In this document: positions 63,771 through 64,000 of the stretch, piece by piece | How the letters are laid out: each line of letters starts with the position of its first letter | Numbering within the stretch: position 1 is the stretch's first letter | From: Lingula anatina | Lineage: Eukaryota; Animalia; Brachiopoda | Direction: 5' to 3' | Length of the DNA: 64,000 nt | Assembly: GCA_051362555.1 (NCBI GenBank) | Contig: CM120643.1 | Location: forward strand, 27,284,848-27,348,847 | Notes under the pieces: model-generated | Databases searched by the model: none | What the model was told of the DNA's origin: nothing | Seen by the model: only the letters and a program-made list of their open reading frames with translations | Made by a program: the position numbers and the translations under genes

Positions 63771-64000
63771 CAAGAGCTGACTCTTCACCCTGTGGTCGTT
63801 TTATTGCAGTAACTACTCCATCTTTTCAAGGAGGAGAAATTGTGAATTTTACAGACACTGTATTTTTTAATTCATAATTTCTTAAAATTAAAACATTCCT
63901 AGTTTTGAAATTGAATGGTAGCAAAAAAAAAAAAAAAACTGAAAAGCAAGCTGCCTTATATTTCTTTTCAATACAGAAAAAGCACACAAATGGTACACAG

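Overview
AT-rich, intron- and microsatellite-rich eukaryotic DNA, most likely from a lophotrochozoan invertebrate (a mollusc is suggested by the temptin domain; this is inference). I could rebuild five host genes by hand. (1) An 8-exon gene (9385-15116, +) encoding a 630-aa protein with a signal peptide, temptin domain, copper type II (DBH/MOXD-like) monooxygenase domains, a Cys-rich domain and a GPI-like tail; all six canonical Cu ligands are intact. (2) A single-coding-exon class A peptide-type GPCR (33833-35008, +) with DRY replaced by FRL and a C-terminal ETAV. (3) A 3-exon quiver/sleepless-like Ly6 three-finger protein (56105-53106, -). (4) A 249-aa ORF weakly resembling OCIA-domain proteins (58949-58200, -). 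(5) A peroxisomal CoA diphosphatase, NUDT7-like, ending in SKL (62922-63770, +). The window starts in a decayed, intron-containing DDE transposase (Mutator-like/Kolobok-type). It also holds many non-autonomous DNA transposons with readable TIRs and TSDs (Harbinger-like TTA, Ginger-like CCGG, hAT-like 5/6 bp, TA-flanked, Kolobok-like TTAA), including a nested cluster in the Ly6 intron. No rRNA, tRNA or CRISPR array was seen. All family assignments come from motif recognition by eye, not database searches.
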